Origin: an uncultured Candidatus Saccharibacteria bacterium
GTDB taxonomy: Bacteria; Patescibacteriota; Saccharimonadia; Saccharimonadales; Saccharimonadaceae
Direction of reading: 5' to 3'
DNA: 64,000 nucleotides
NCBI GenBank assembly: GCA_937889535.1
Contig: CALBZW010000011.1
Coordinates: 140,513 to 204,512, forward strand
Positions 16,392-24,390 of the stretch are shown here, piece after piece (the stretch's first letter is position 1; each line of letters opens with the position of its first letter). The notes beneath the pieces were generated by a model that was not told the DNA's origin, did not search any database, and saw nothing but the letters and a program-made list of their open reading frames with translations. The position numbers and the translations under genes were made by a program.

Positions 16392-17084
16392 ATGGAGATG
16401 ATAGTTCCCTTTAGTGAGGTGTTTTTGGCCGCGGTGATTCACGCGACTTTGCAGCTCAGTTTGGGAGCGTTACTGTTGCTTTATCATGCAAGCCTTGGTA
16501 AGCATGTGCGGAAAAAGACGCGTTTTCTAGTAGATAGCTACATTTCTGGAATGGGAATGTTGGTGTTTTTGGGACTTGCAGCGACGATTTTTGTTCTTGA
16601 CCGTTATTTTGAAAAACCTTTGTATATTGAGGAGCTTGTAATCGTAGTAGGGATGTTAGTGGCGCTGGCGATTGCGACGTGGTTCTTCTATTATCGGCGT
16701 GGAAAGAGTACAGAACTGTGGTTGCCTCGGAGCGTGGCGCGATTTATTGATAAGCGCGCGAAGACGACCAATAGCAATACCGAGGCATTCTCGTTGGGAG
16801 TTTTGACGAGCCTAGCAGAAATGCCATTTACGATAGTTCTATTCGTGGTCGCGGCGAATAGCATTTTGGTCCTGCCACATTTATATCAGATTCTTGCGGT
16901 AGCAATGTACACGATTATCACTATTGTGCCGCCGATTGTGCTACGATTTGCAATACGTAAAGGGCAAACCGTAGTAGACATTCAAAGATGGAGAGTGAAA
17001 CATAAATTATTCTTTCGATTGTTGACATGTGTAGGATTTTTGGCGCTGGGATTCTTCTTGTTTACTTTTGAGGTCCTAGTATGA
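16392..17084 (+). CDS. multi-pass membrane protein, unknown function
   Basis: 230-aa hydrophobic ORF. ATG lies 6 nt after TGATATAAT (16377-16385). Confidence 0.6.
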   Translation: MEMIVPFSEVFLAAVIHATLQLSLGALLLLYHASLGKHVRKKTRFLVDSYISGMGMLVFLGLAATIFVLDRYFEKPLYIEELVIVVGMLVALAIATWFFYYRRGKSTELWLPRSVARFIDKRAKTTNSNTEAFSLGVLTSLAEMPFTIVLFVVAANSILVLPHLYQILAVAMYTIITIVPPIVLRFAIRKGQTVVDIQRWRVKHKLFFRLLTCVGFLALGFFLFTFEVLV

Positions 17085-17431
17085 CAGAGAAGTCTAGTGA
17101 AGAAAAGCAAAAACGTCTTAGAATTAAGCGTAAGCGGGGTGCTTGTCAACCCGTAACCACAAGCGGTATAAAACGACGCAATAAAAGTCAACCCGTAACC
17201 TTTAGCGAAAAGGAGTTGAGAGAAGAACTATTGCGCGAGGCGAAAGCCCTCAAGATGCCAGTAGGAACAGCGGAAGTTGTCGCTTCTAAGGTGGCGGAGC
17301 AAGTTGGTAAATGGGCAGCCAAACGGCCGGTGGTAACCGTAGACGATATCTATCGACGAATAGCAATAGAAACAGAAAAATATAGTGCTGATTTAGCTTA
17401 TGTCTATCAAAATCGTGGTAAAATAATATAA
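17081..17431 (+). CDS. small basic protein, possibly with an ATP-cone-like C-terminal domain
   Basis: ATGA overlap with the upstream gene. K/R-rich N-terminus followed by a helical domain. Confidence 0.4.
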   Translation: MTEKSSEEKQKRLRIKRKRGACQPVTTSGIKRRNKSQPVTFSEKELREELLREAKALKMPVGTAEVVASKVAEQVGKWAAKRPVVTVDDIYRRIAIETEKYSADLAYVYQNRGKII

Positions 17432-17454
17432 GATGAAGATGGTGGGTAATAGTA

Positions 17455-18819
17455 ATGAGTAAGTTTGACTATCAATATGTAGTGATTGGTAGCGGCGCAG
17501 CTGGAAGCGCGGCGGCTTTGATGGCGGCTGGACTGGGAGCGCATACAGCGATCGTTGAATCGGATCGTTGGGGCGGCACGACTCTGAATTATCGTGATAT
17601 TCCCTACGGTGCGGCTTTGGAATTTTCACAGCTATATGCGGAGGCGGTAGCAGGTTCGCGCTTTGGGATGTCAAGTTCGACGCTGAGATATAATTATCCA
17701 ACCGTGTTAAATTGGCAAGCGGCGGCAGTGCGGCGATCAGGGGGAGGAAGTCGGAAGGTTTTTGAGAATGCCGGAATTGATTGTCATCATGGTTTCGCAC
17801 AGTTTATTAGTCCGCATGTGATTGCACTCGGGAATCGGCAAATTAGTGCGGAGAAGTTTTTGATTGCAACCGGTACGAATATTGCGGTGAATGGGATTTC
17901 GGGAATTGATACAGTAAATTGTTGGTCACCGGACACGGCACTGAGGATGGCGAAGTTACCAAAAGTCTTGTTGGTTGTTGGTGGTGGTTCAACAGGCTGC
18001 GAGCTAGCGGAGTATTTTGGGGCGCTCGGAGTAAAGGTTTTGATGATAGAGGCGCAAGACCGGATTTTGCCGCGCGAAGATCCGGAAGCGAGTGAGGTCA
18101 TCAGTAAGCATTTGCGGGATCGGTTTGGAGTGAAAATTCTAGAGAATTCGCGCGTGGTCGCTTTGGAGCAGGAGCAGAATAGTCAGCGAGCGGTGTTTAT
18201 TCGAGGTGGTCAAGAGAAAGCTGTGCGAGTGGAGGCGATTGTACTCGCGACAACGCCAGAACCGACGACAGATTTGGGATTGGAAAATGCGGGAGTGAAG
18301 TTTTCATATCGCGGCATTCAGACCGACCAAAATCTCAAGACGACTTGTCGCCATATTTGGGCGGCGGGCGATGTGATTGGCGGAGAAAGTTCAACGGAAA
18401 AGGCGACTTATGAAGGTAAGTTGGCGACGTTGAACGCAATTAAAGGTGCCGGGAATGTGATTAATTATACTGGTTTTACGCGGATGACAAATACCTTGCC
18501 GCGTGTAGCGAAAGTTGGGTTGAATGAGATGGAATGCGCGCAGTTGAAACAGAAGCAGAAGACGGCATTGGTGCCACTGGATGCGGTGAGCGCATCAAAT
18601 ACGAGTGATTTTCGAGCTGGGTTTGTGAAGATTACGGCAAATCTAAAAGGACAGATTATTGGTGCAACAGTAGTAGCACCGGAAGCGGATATTATTATAC
18701 AAGAGATCGCGATGGCAATTCGGAACGGGCTAAAGGCGAATGAGCTGGCTGGAACGCCGCATGTAGCGACGAGCTGGAGCGAAGCAGTGAGGCTTGCGGC
18801 GCGAGACTTAGCTGCGTAG
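17455..18819 (+). CDS. FAD/NAD(P)-binding pyridine nucleotide-disulfide oxidoreductase family protein lacking the CxxxxC redox centre
   Basis: GSGAAGSAAA and GGGSTGCELA dinucleotide folds plus a C-terminal dimerisation domain. GGTTLNYRDIP replaces the usual GGTCLNVGCIP. Confidence 0.8.
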   Translation: MSKFDYQYVVIGSGAAGSAAALMAAGLGAHTAIVESDRWGGTTLNYRDIPYGAALEFSQLYAEAVAGSRFGMSSSTLRYNYPTVLNWQAAAVRRSGGGSRKVFENAGIDCHHGFAQFISPHVIALGNRQISAEKFLIATGTNIAVNGISGIDTVNCWSPDTALRMAKLPKVLLVVGGGSTGCELAEYFGALGVKVLMIEAQDRILPREDPEASEVISKHLRDRFGVKILENSRVVALEQEQNSQRAVFIRGGQEKAVRVEAIVLATTPEPTTDLGLENAGVKFSYRGIQTDQNLKTTCRHIWAAGDVIGGESSTEKATYEGKLATLNAIKGAGNVINYTGFTRMTNTLPRVAKVGLNEMECAQLKQKQKTALVPLDAVSASNTSDFRAGFVKITANLKGQIIGATVVAPEADIIIQEIAMAIRNGLKANELAGTPHVATSWSEAVRLAARDLAA

Positions 18820-18822
18820 TAG

Positions 18823-18851
18823 TTGACAAAAAGCTTATGGTATGCTAGAAT
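18823..18851 (+). promoter_or_regulatory. orphan consensus promoter TTGACA-17-TGCTAGAAT pointing antisense into arcC
   Basis: TTGACA at 18823-18828 and TAGAAT at 18846-18851 with an extended TG. No plus-strand ORF lies downstream. Confidence 0.45.
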
Positions 18852-18889
18852 AAGAGTACAAGCCGCTCTGGTCGGCTATATCTGTAGTG

Positions 18890-19831
18890 TTAACCCTGGA
18901 CGATTGTGCCGGAACGGCGCTTGAGGGCGAGTTCTAGATTTTCGGGCGAAGTGATAATCCCGAGACGTTTTTTGCTGGCGAATTGTGCGATTGCTTGAAT
19001 CTTTGGAAGCATCGATCCGGCGCCGAAGTGGCCATCGCGGATATAGTTCATTGCTTCAGTCGGCGTCAGTATACCGAGCGCAATTTGGTCAGGTTGGCCG
19101 TAGTTAATATAGGCATTAGGTACGGCGGTAACAGAGACAAAAATATCGGCTTTAATAAGTTCGGCGAGTTTCTCGGCAGCGAGGTCTTTGTCAATAACGG
19201 CGTCGACGCCACGCAGAGTTTTGAGAACTCTAGAGCGGACAACCGGGATACCGCCGCCGCCAACCGCAATCACGATGGCGCCAGATTGCATCAAAGACAT
19301 AATCTCGCGACGCTCAACGATATCAATCGGTTTCGGCGAAGGAACAATGCGGCGATATCCACGACCGGAATCTTCGCGCATTTCCCAGCTGCGAGTCTTG
19401 GCCAGCTTGACTGCCTCCTTTGCAGTATAGAATTCCCCGATTGGCTTCGACGGATGTTTGAAAGCTGGATCATTACGATCGACGACAACTTGAGTAACGA
19501 TGCTGGCAACTTGTTTACGCTTATGATCACGAGCAAAAGCGTTACCAATTGCCTGCGAAAGCCAATAGCCAATCTGCCCCTGGCTCATAGCAACAGCAGT
19601 CTCAAGAGGCATAGCAGGAGCAGTCGCTGTACTGGCGGTCTCCTCATGGATTAAAATATTACCAACCTGCGGGCCATTGCCATGAGCGACAATAATCTCG
19701 TACTTTGCAGAAAGTTTAGCAATAATTTGGCCGATTTTCTCGGCGACAGATTTTTGGGCTTCGGCGGTGACTTCGCCGTCTTTTTGAAGTGCGTTGCCAC
19801 CCAAAGCAATGACCACACGTGGTTTACTCAT
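18890..19831 (-). CDS. arcC: carbamate kinase
   Basis: VVIALGGNAL, HGNGPQVG and GGGGIPV motifs. Confidence 0.9.
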   Translation of the reverse strand: MSKPRVVIALGGNALQKDGEVTAEAQKSVAEKIGQIIAKLSAKYEIIVAHGNGPQVGNILIHEETASTATAPAMPLETAVAMSQGQIGYWLSQAIGNAFARDHKRKQVASIVTQVVVDRNDPAFKHPSKPIGEFYTAKEAVKLAKTRSWEMREDSGRGYRRIVPSPKPIDIVERREIMSLMQSGAIVIAVGGGGIPVVRSRVLKTLRGVDAVIDKDLAAEKLAELIKADIFVSVTAVPNAYINYGQPDQIALGILTPTEAMNYIRDGHFGAGSMLPKIQAIAQFASKKRLGIITSPENLELALKRRSGTIVQG

Positions 19832-19921
19832 GTAAAAAGTATACGCTAAAAATTAATTTTAGGCAAATCTCTAATGCTTGACAAGTGTTTTTGAGGGCTG
19901 ACAATAGGAGCTGACTCCGTG

Positions 19922-21154
19922 TCAGAATCCAGGTTTACCGAGGAGATGGAACATGTTGCGCTTGTAAGCTTCCACGCCAGGCTGGTCAAAAGGATTGACG
20001 CCGGAAAGTTTAGCAGAAAGCGCACAAGATAGTTCAAAGAAATAAATCAAGGCACCGAGCGATTTTTCGTCGAGCGTCGGAATTGTAATTTCGGAAACCG
20101 GGATACCGCCATCGCGGTGCGCAGTGACAGTCGCCTCAAGTGCCTTTGTGTTGAGAAAATCTAAAGTCTTACCCTCAAGATATTTCAGACCATCAAGGTC
20201 TTTTGCGAGCCGTGGGACTGTCACGGCGGGAGCGCCTTCCTCCGAAAAACGTAGCATGGTTTCGAAGATATTACGACGACCATCCTGGAGATACTGCCCA
20301 AGTGAATGGAGATCAGTAGTATAGATAACTGATGCTGGGAAAATTCCCTGCTTATCCTTCCCTTCAGACTCGCCAAAAAGCTGTTTCCACCATTCTTCAA
20401 AATATCGCATGCAAGGCTCAAAAGACGCCAGAATTTCTACATCATAATCCTTTTTCAGCAAATCAGCGCGCATGGTCGCATACCGGATAGCTGCAGATTC
20501 AGAATTATCGAGATTCGCGGCACGTTCCGTAGCAGCGCCAGACATTAGCTGATCGATATTTACTCCGGCAACGGCAAGCGGGAGGAGGCCGACAGCAGTC
20601 AAGACAGAGTAGCGCCCACCGATATTATCGGGAACAACAAAACGAGCATAGCCCTCAGCGATAGCCTCTTCATAAAGCGCACCTTCTCGAGCGTCAGTAG
20701 TAGCAAAAATACGTTCGCTAGCTTTGTCGCCATATTTTTCTTGGAGTTTGGCTTTCAATAGGCGGAAAGCGACAGCCGGTTCGGTCGTAGTGCCGGATTT
20801 TGAAATGACATTAATCGAAAAATCAGAATCACCAAGCGTGTCCATGAGACGATTTAGCTCACGCGTGCTGAGTGAATTACCAGCGTAGAGAATCTTGGTC
20901 GGGCTTGCAGGGCGCAAGGCTTCGATCAACGCGCGATGACCAAGATACGAGCCGCCAATTCCGATACAGACAAGGTAATCAGAGTTATTTCGAATCTGCT
21001 GAGCCGTAGTTTTTATTTTATCAAATTCTGCGTGGTCATAAGTTTCTGGCAAATCATACCAGCCGCCCATGGGGTCAGATTGAATATCGTTGATAATTTC
21101 GCGAATGCGTGGCGCATCGACTGTGACGTCGATGTCTGAATGGAATTTAACCAT
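19922..21154 (-). CDS. pgi: glucose-6-phosphate isomerase (short form)
   Basis: IGIGGSYLG and GGRYSVLTAVG motifs. Confidence 0.9.
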   Translation of the reverse strand: MVKFHSDIDVTVDAPRIREIINDIQSDPMGGWYDLPETYDHAEFDKIKTTAQQIRNNSDYLVCIGIGGSYLGHRALIEALRPASPTKILYAGNSLSTRELNRLMDTLGDSDFSINVISKSGTTTEPAVAFRLLKAKLQEKYGDKASERIFATTDAREGALYEEAIAEGYARFVVPDNIGGRYSVLTAVGLLPLAVAGVNIDQLMSGAATERAANLDNSESAAIRYATMRADLLKKDYDVEILASFEPCMRYFEEWWKQLFGESEGKDKQGIFPASVIYTTDLHSLGQYLQDGRRNIFETMLRFSEEGAPAVTVPRLAKDLDGLKYLEGKTLDFLNTKALEATVTAHRDGGIPVSEITIPTLDEKSLGALIYFFELSCALSAKLSGVNPFDQPGVEAYKRNMFHLLGKPGF

Positions 21155-21165
21155 AACCGCCCTTA

Positions 21166-21558
21166 CTACTTTTTACCCTTTTTGATATACGTGTCTTCTT
21201 TTTCGAGTTGAGCACGGAGAGTATATTCTTGGCATTCGTTCTTGGAATTGCAATTCGCGACTTCGTAGGTATAATTACTACCCTCAATACCAAGATTCGT
21301 ACCGAATGGGTCGGTGAAAAGCTCTGGATCAATCACGGGAAGATTTTCCTCGGAAATCGTATCTGGATAATAACCGTATTTCGGATAATAATATTCCTCT
21401 AGGGCATAATACATAGCGTTGATAGCGGTCTTGCGCGCGTCGTCGCGGTCCATAGCCTCAACGTTAGACTTCTGAAGGAAGAAAATAATCACGAGAAGTG
21501 CTGCAAATGCACCAACGATCATAAGTTCAATAAGGGTAAAACCTTTTTTGTCGTTCAT
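21166..21558 (-). CDS. type IV pilin-like protein (prepilin N-terminal methylation motif)
   Basis: KKGFTLIELMIV motif. ATG lies 7 nt after TGTTATAAT. Confidence 0.8.
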   Translation of the reverse strand: MNDKKGFTLIELMIVGAFAALLVIIFFLQKSNVEAMDRDDARKTAINAMYYALEEYYYPKYGYYPDTISEENLPVIDPELFTDPFGTNLGIEGSNYTYEVANCNSKNECQEYTLRAQLEKEDTYIKKGKK

Positions 21559-21616
21559 AATATTGATTATAACACAATGCCACGAAAAAAGTGCCTCGCG
21601 GCACGATAAACTTGGA

Positions 21617-21693
21617 TGGTAGTACCAGGTGGGATCGAACCACCGACCTCAGGCTTATGAGTCCTGCGCTCTAACCAGCTGAGCTATGGTACC
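21617..21693 (-). tRNA. tRNA with anticodon CAT (Met, or Ile2 if lysidine-modified), CCA encoded
   Basis: Hand-folded cloverleaf: GGTACCA acceptor (G1-U72), GCTC/GAGC D stem, loop CTCATAA, GGTTCGATCC T arm. There is an A31-G39 mismatch. Confidence 0.8.
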
Positions 21694-21735
21694 ACACGTT
21701 GTTATTATAACATACTTTTTTGAAATTGAGAGAGA

Positions 21736-22278
21736 TTATTGATTTTGCTGCCATTTATAGTACTCGATAAGATATTCCCAGCAGCCTTCTTTGTCGGTGA
21801 TTCCCTCGTAGTGATTTTGGATGCGGCGGATAATTTCGTCGCGGTCAATCCATTCCACCTCCGAAACTTCCTCGGTCTGGAGCTTGAGAGTTAAAGGGTC
21901 GAGATCTTTATGAACAATATAGTATTCATTAAAATGATTATTAATTACGTTGCCTTTTAGATTGGTCGAGGTAGTTGCGCCGATGAAAGTAATATCGTTT
22001 TTGTCGAGTTTAATATCAAGTTCTTCTTCGCATTCGCGCATTACAGCCTGAAAACCGAATTCGCCAGCCAAAACATGGCCGCCAGCACTAACGTCCCACA
22101 TACCCGGCCAAAGTTTTTTGGAATCGCTACGTTTCTGTAGGAGAACCTGATTTTTAGAGTTAATGATGAAAATTGCGACAGCCTTGTGCCAGTGGCCGGA
22201 TTGGTGACACTCATCGCGAGTGGCGACCTTACCAGTATAGCGGCCCTTAGTGTCGAGAATATCAAAAGTTTCTTGCAT
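21736..22278 (-). CDS. NUDIX hydrolase
   Basis: Nudix box GGHVLAGEFGFQAVMRECEEELDI. ATG lies 6 nt after TGTTATAAT. Confidence 0.8.
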   Translation of the reverse strand: MQETFDILDTKGRYTGKVATRDECHQSGHWHKAVAIFIINSKNQVLLQKRSDSKKLWPGMWDVSAGGHVLAGEFGFQAVMRECEEELDIKLDKNDITFIGATTSTNLKGNVINNHFNEYYIVHKDLDPLTLKLQTEEVSEVEWIDRDEIIRRIQNHYEGITDKEGCWEYLIEYYKWQQNQ

Positions 22279-22302
22279 GTGATAATTATAACACGGTAAG
22301 GC

Positions 22303-22656
22303 TTGAGACTATTCGGGTTGGCTTTTGTCCGTAGTGGAAACGTCAATCTTGTCTATGGTCAGGGTCGAGTTGTTGGTGAATATGGTTATGGATGGTCACG
22401 CACTAATGGAGGAAAGAGGAAGGAGACCACCGGCGCCACCACCATAGTACAGTTACCATTGGCTTTTGTCCGTAGTGGGTATGTCGCCCTCAACAATGGT
22501 ACTACTAGCTATGTCGGCTACTATGGCTATGGCTGGTCTAGCATTTCCAAGGCATCTACCGCAAGTGCGTATAATTTGTACTTTGGCATTACAAATGCTC
22601 CTCTTACGTCAGATAGCGGCAATCGTTATCATGGTTTCCCCCTCCGCTGCCTCTAA
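22303..22656 (+). CDS. truncated Fibrobacter-succinogenes-major-paralogous (FISUMP/DUF1566-like) domain ORF; possibly a gene remnant
   Basis: Two LAFVRSG...YGYGWS units and a GFPLRC end typical of the domain's C-terminus. No signal peptide and no convincing SD or -10; TTG start. Confidence 0.4.
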   Translation: MRLFGLAFVRSGNVNLVYGQGRVVGEYGYGWSRTNGGKRKETTGATTIVQLPLAFVRSGYVALNNGTTSYVGYYGYGWSSISKASTASAYNLYFGITNAPLTSDSGNRYHGFPLRCL

Positions 22657-22672
22657 CTAGGGGCGACAAAAA

Positions 22673-22701
22673 TTGCCTTATTTATAAAACTTTGATAGAA
22701 T
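22673..22701 (+). promoter_or_regulatory. promoter TTGCCT-17-TGaTAGAAT for the antisense RNA
   Basis: TTGCCT at 22673-22678, a 17-nt spacer, and TAGAAT at 22696-22701 with an extended TG. Confidence 0.5.
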
Positions 22702-22707
22702 AGGAAT

Positions 22708-22750
22708 TACAAGTATGGTTACTTTCGTTTTCGGACGAAAGTAATTTTTA
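22708..22750 (+). ncRNA. candidate ~45-nt cis-antisense RNA overlapping the 3' end of sORF B
   Basis: 9-bp hairpin TTACTTTCG / CGAAAGTAA (22719-22744) followed by TTTTTA. Confidence 0.4.
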
Positions 22751-22802
22751 TCTTCAGGTCAGCATCGAGCTTAATAAAGCCGCACTTAATCCGTACTTTC
22801 AT
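22719..22802 (-). CDS. small ORF B, 27 aa (MKVRIKCGFIKLDADLKIKITFVRKRK)
   Basis: GAGAAAGGAGTGCAGT lies 5' of ATG 22802; stop TAA at 22719-22721. Paralog of sORF A (shared R-x-K..F.......IK[VI].[LF].RK.K). Confidence 0.45.
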   Translation of the reverse strand: MKVRIKCGFIKLDADLKIKITFVRKRK

Positions 22803-22941
22803 ACTGCACTCCTTTCTCCCACCTATGACCAAGTTAAGCTACATGTCGCCCCTAGGATTCAGACTAGCATAAAATTGAAAATTTTAGCAAGCATAAGACT
22901 AGTAGACAGGAAAGTTCTCCCTGCTACCTTCCCTTTAAAAT

Positions 22942-22975
22942 AAAAACAAGAGAGCAATCTCTCTTGTTTTTATTT
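22942..22975. terminator. bidirectional intrinsic terminator
   Basis: AAAAACAAGAGAG-caat-CTCTCTTGTTTTT. Confidence 0.8.
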
Positions 22976-23062
22976 TGGCGGAAGGGACAGGATTCGAACC
23001 TGCGAGGCTATTAACCTGCTGGTTTTCAAGACCAGTGCCATCAACCACTCGGCCACCCTTCC
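22976..23062 (-). tRNA. tRNA-Ser (anticodon TGA), long variable arm, CCA encoded
   Basis: Hand-folded. Acceptor GGAAGGG/CCCTTCC, loop CTTGAAA. TGCTATAAT lies 7 nt upstream of +1. Confidence 0.9.
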
Positions 23063-23126
23063 AAGTATAATTATAGCACGAGTTCGGATATTAGGCAATC
23101 TTGCGCCATACAACTAATTGACTGCT

Positions 23127-23828
23127 CTATTCGGCGTTTGTATGCACAGCCGTAACGTCATCAAGGTCATCAAGCGCATCAAGAAGTTTCTCGAGCTTCG
23201 CTTCGTCATCACCGGCAACAGCAATCGTACTAGTCGGTACATAACGGAGCTCGGCGTTCGTGACGGTCAGACCGGCATCAATCAAAGCCTGGCGGACTTT
23301 CATGAGGTCGCTCGCAGCGGTGATAATTTCGAGGCCTTCGTCGCCTTCTTCGACATCCTCAGCGCCAGCATCGAGTACCGTCATCATGGCTTCCTCGCCA
23401 TTATCGCTCAGCTCAATACAACCCTTGCGCGCAAATTGAAACATGACTGAACCCGGGTCGGCCATGCGCCCGCCATTTTTTGACAGAGTGTTGCGAACCT
23501 CAGGCATGGTGCGGTTCTTGTTATCAGTCGCAACTTCAATGATAATACCGACACCACCAGGGCCGTAGCCTTCGTAAGTTTCTTCGTTTAAGGCGGCAGC
23601 ATTTTTATCCGAAACGCGAGCAATAGCGCGCTCAATATTAACTTTCGGCATATTCGCTTGGCGGGCTTTTTCGAGCATCATTGCAAGCGATGGGTTCATA
23701 TTTGGATCAGTACCAGCACGAGCAGCGATAGCAATCTGATTAGCGATTTTGGTGAATAACGCGCCGCGCTTTGCGTCGACGACGGCTTTTTGGCGTTTTG
23801 TGGTGGCCCACTTACTGTGTCCTGACAT
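23127..23828 (-). CDS. yebC: YebC/PmpR family DNA-binding regulator
   Basis: MSGHSKWATTKRQKA signature. Confidence 0.9.
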   Translation of the reverse strand: MSGHSKWATTKRQKAVVDAKRGALFTKIANQIAIAARAGTDPNMNPSLAMMLEKARQANMPKVNIERAIARVSDKNAAALNEETYEGYGPGGVGIIIEVATDNKNRTMPEVRNTLSKNGGRMADPGSVMFQFARKGCIELSDNGEEAMMTVLDAGAEDVEEGDEGLEIITAASDLMKVRQALIDAGLTVTNAELRYVPTSTIAVAGDDEAKLEKLLDALDDLDDVTAVHTNAE

Positions 23829-23937
23829 AGTTCATCTTCCCTGTTTACAATTTAGTAAAATAATCTCTACATATATATTATCATATCTCAAGCTAAATGA
23901 CAAATCGAGAGGAGACATCTGAACGATAAAATTCTGC

Positions 23938-23967
23938 TTGACAGTTGAATGCTTGTTCAATTATACT
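23938..23967 (+). promoter_or_regulatory. promoter (TTGACA-18-TATACT) with an embedded imperfect dyad, likely the ArsR-family operator
   Basis: AGTTGAA-N6-TTCAATT at 23943-23962 sits between the -35 and -10 of the arsR-ATPase operon. Confidence 0.5.
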
Positions 23968-23996
23968 GGTGTTGTAATAGTTGAAGGAATATTCAT

Positions 23997-24389
23997 ATGT
24001 TTAAGAAAAAGGAGCCTGTTTGCGATTGTAATGTAATTCATCGCGATGCAGTGCAAAGAGCCTTGAAGCGTAAACCACACGATGTGCAACTGGAAAAATT
24101 ATCGGAATTGTTTAAGGTATTGGGCGATCCGACACGAATAAAGATTCTCTGGGCGCTGGACCAAAATGAGATGTGCGTTTGCGATATCGCGAATGTGCTA
24201 GATATGACAAAATCATCGATCTCCCATCAATTAGCAGTGCTACGAGCGGCGAGGATCGTGAAATATCGACGCGAGGGGAAAGAAGTATATTATATGTTGG
24301 ATGATGACCATGTGACTCAACTTTATGAGATGGGGTTGAGACATATTATTCATCAAATACAAAACGGTAAAAGTGAGATAATTGCGTAA
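23997..24389 (+). CDS. ArsR/SmtB family metal-sensing repressor
   Basis: ELFKVLGDPTRIKILWAL, CVCDIA and SHQL motifs. Confidence 0.85.
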   Translation: MFKKKEPVCDCNVIHRDAVQRALKRKPHDVQLEKLSELFKVLGDPTRIKILWALDQNEMCVCDIANVLDMTKSSISHQLAVLRAARIVKYRREGKEVYYMLDDDHVTQLYEMGLRHIIHQIQNGKSEIIA

Positions 24390-24390
24390 A

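Larger units (their letters stand above)
22657..22855. repeat. ~200-bp inverted-repeat-bounded sORF/antisense cassette, copy B
   Basis: Perfect 12-bp arms CTAGGGGCGACA (22657-22668) and TGTCGCCCCTAG (22844-22855). Confidence 0.5.

Noticed and set aside
17146-17200. 14-bp direct repeat GTCAACCCGTAACC (17146 and 17187) as a regulatory site.
   Set aside because: It lies inside the coding N-terminus of 17081..17431 and simply encodes a duplicated QPVT peptide. There is no evidence for a DNA-level role.
22719-22802. sORF B (MKVRIKC...) as ribosomal protein bL36.
   Set aside because: Only the first four residues resemble bL36. The CxxC...C..H zinc-ribbon pattern and the length do not match.
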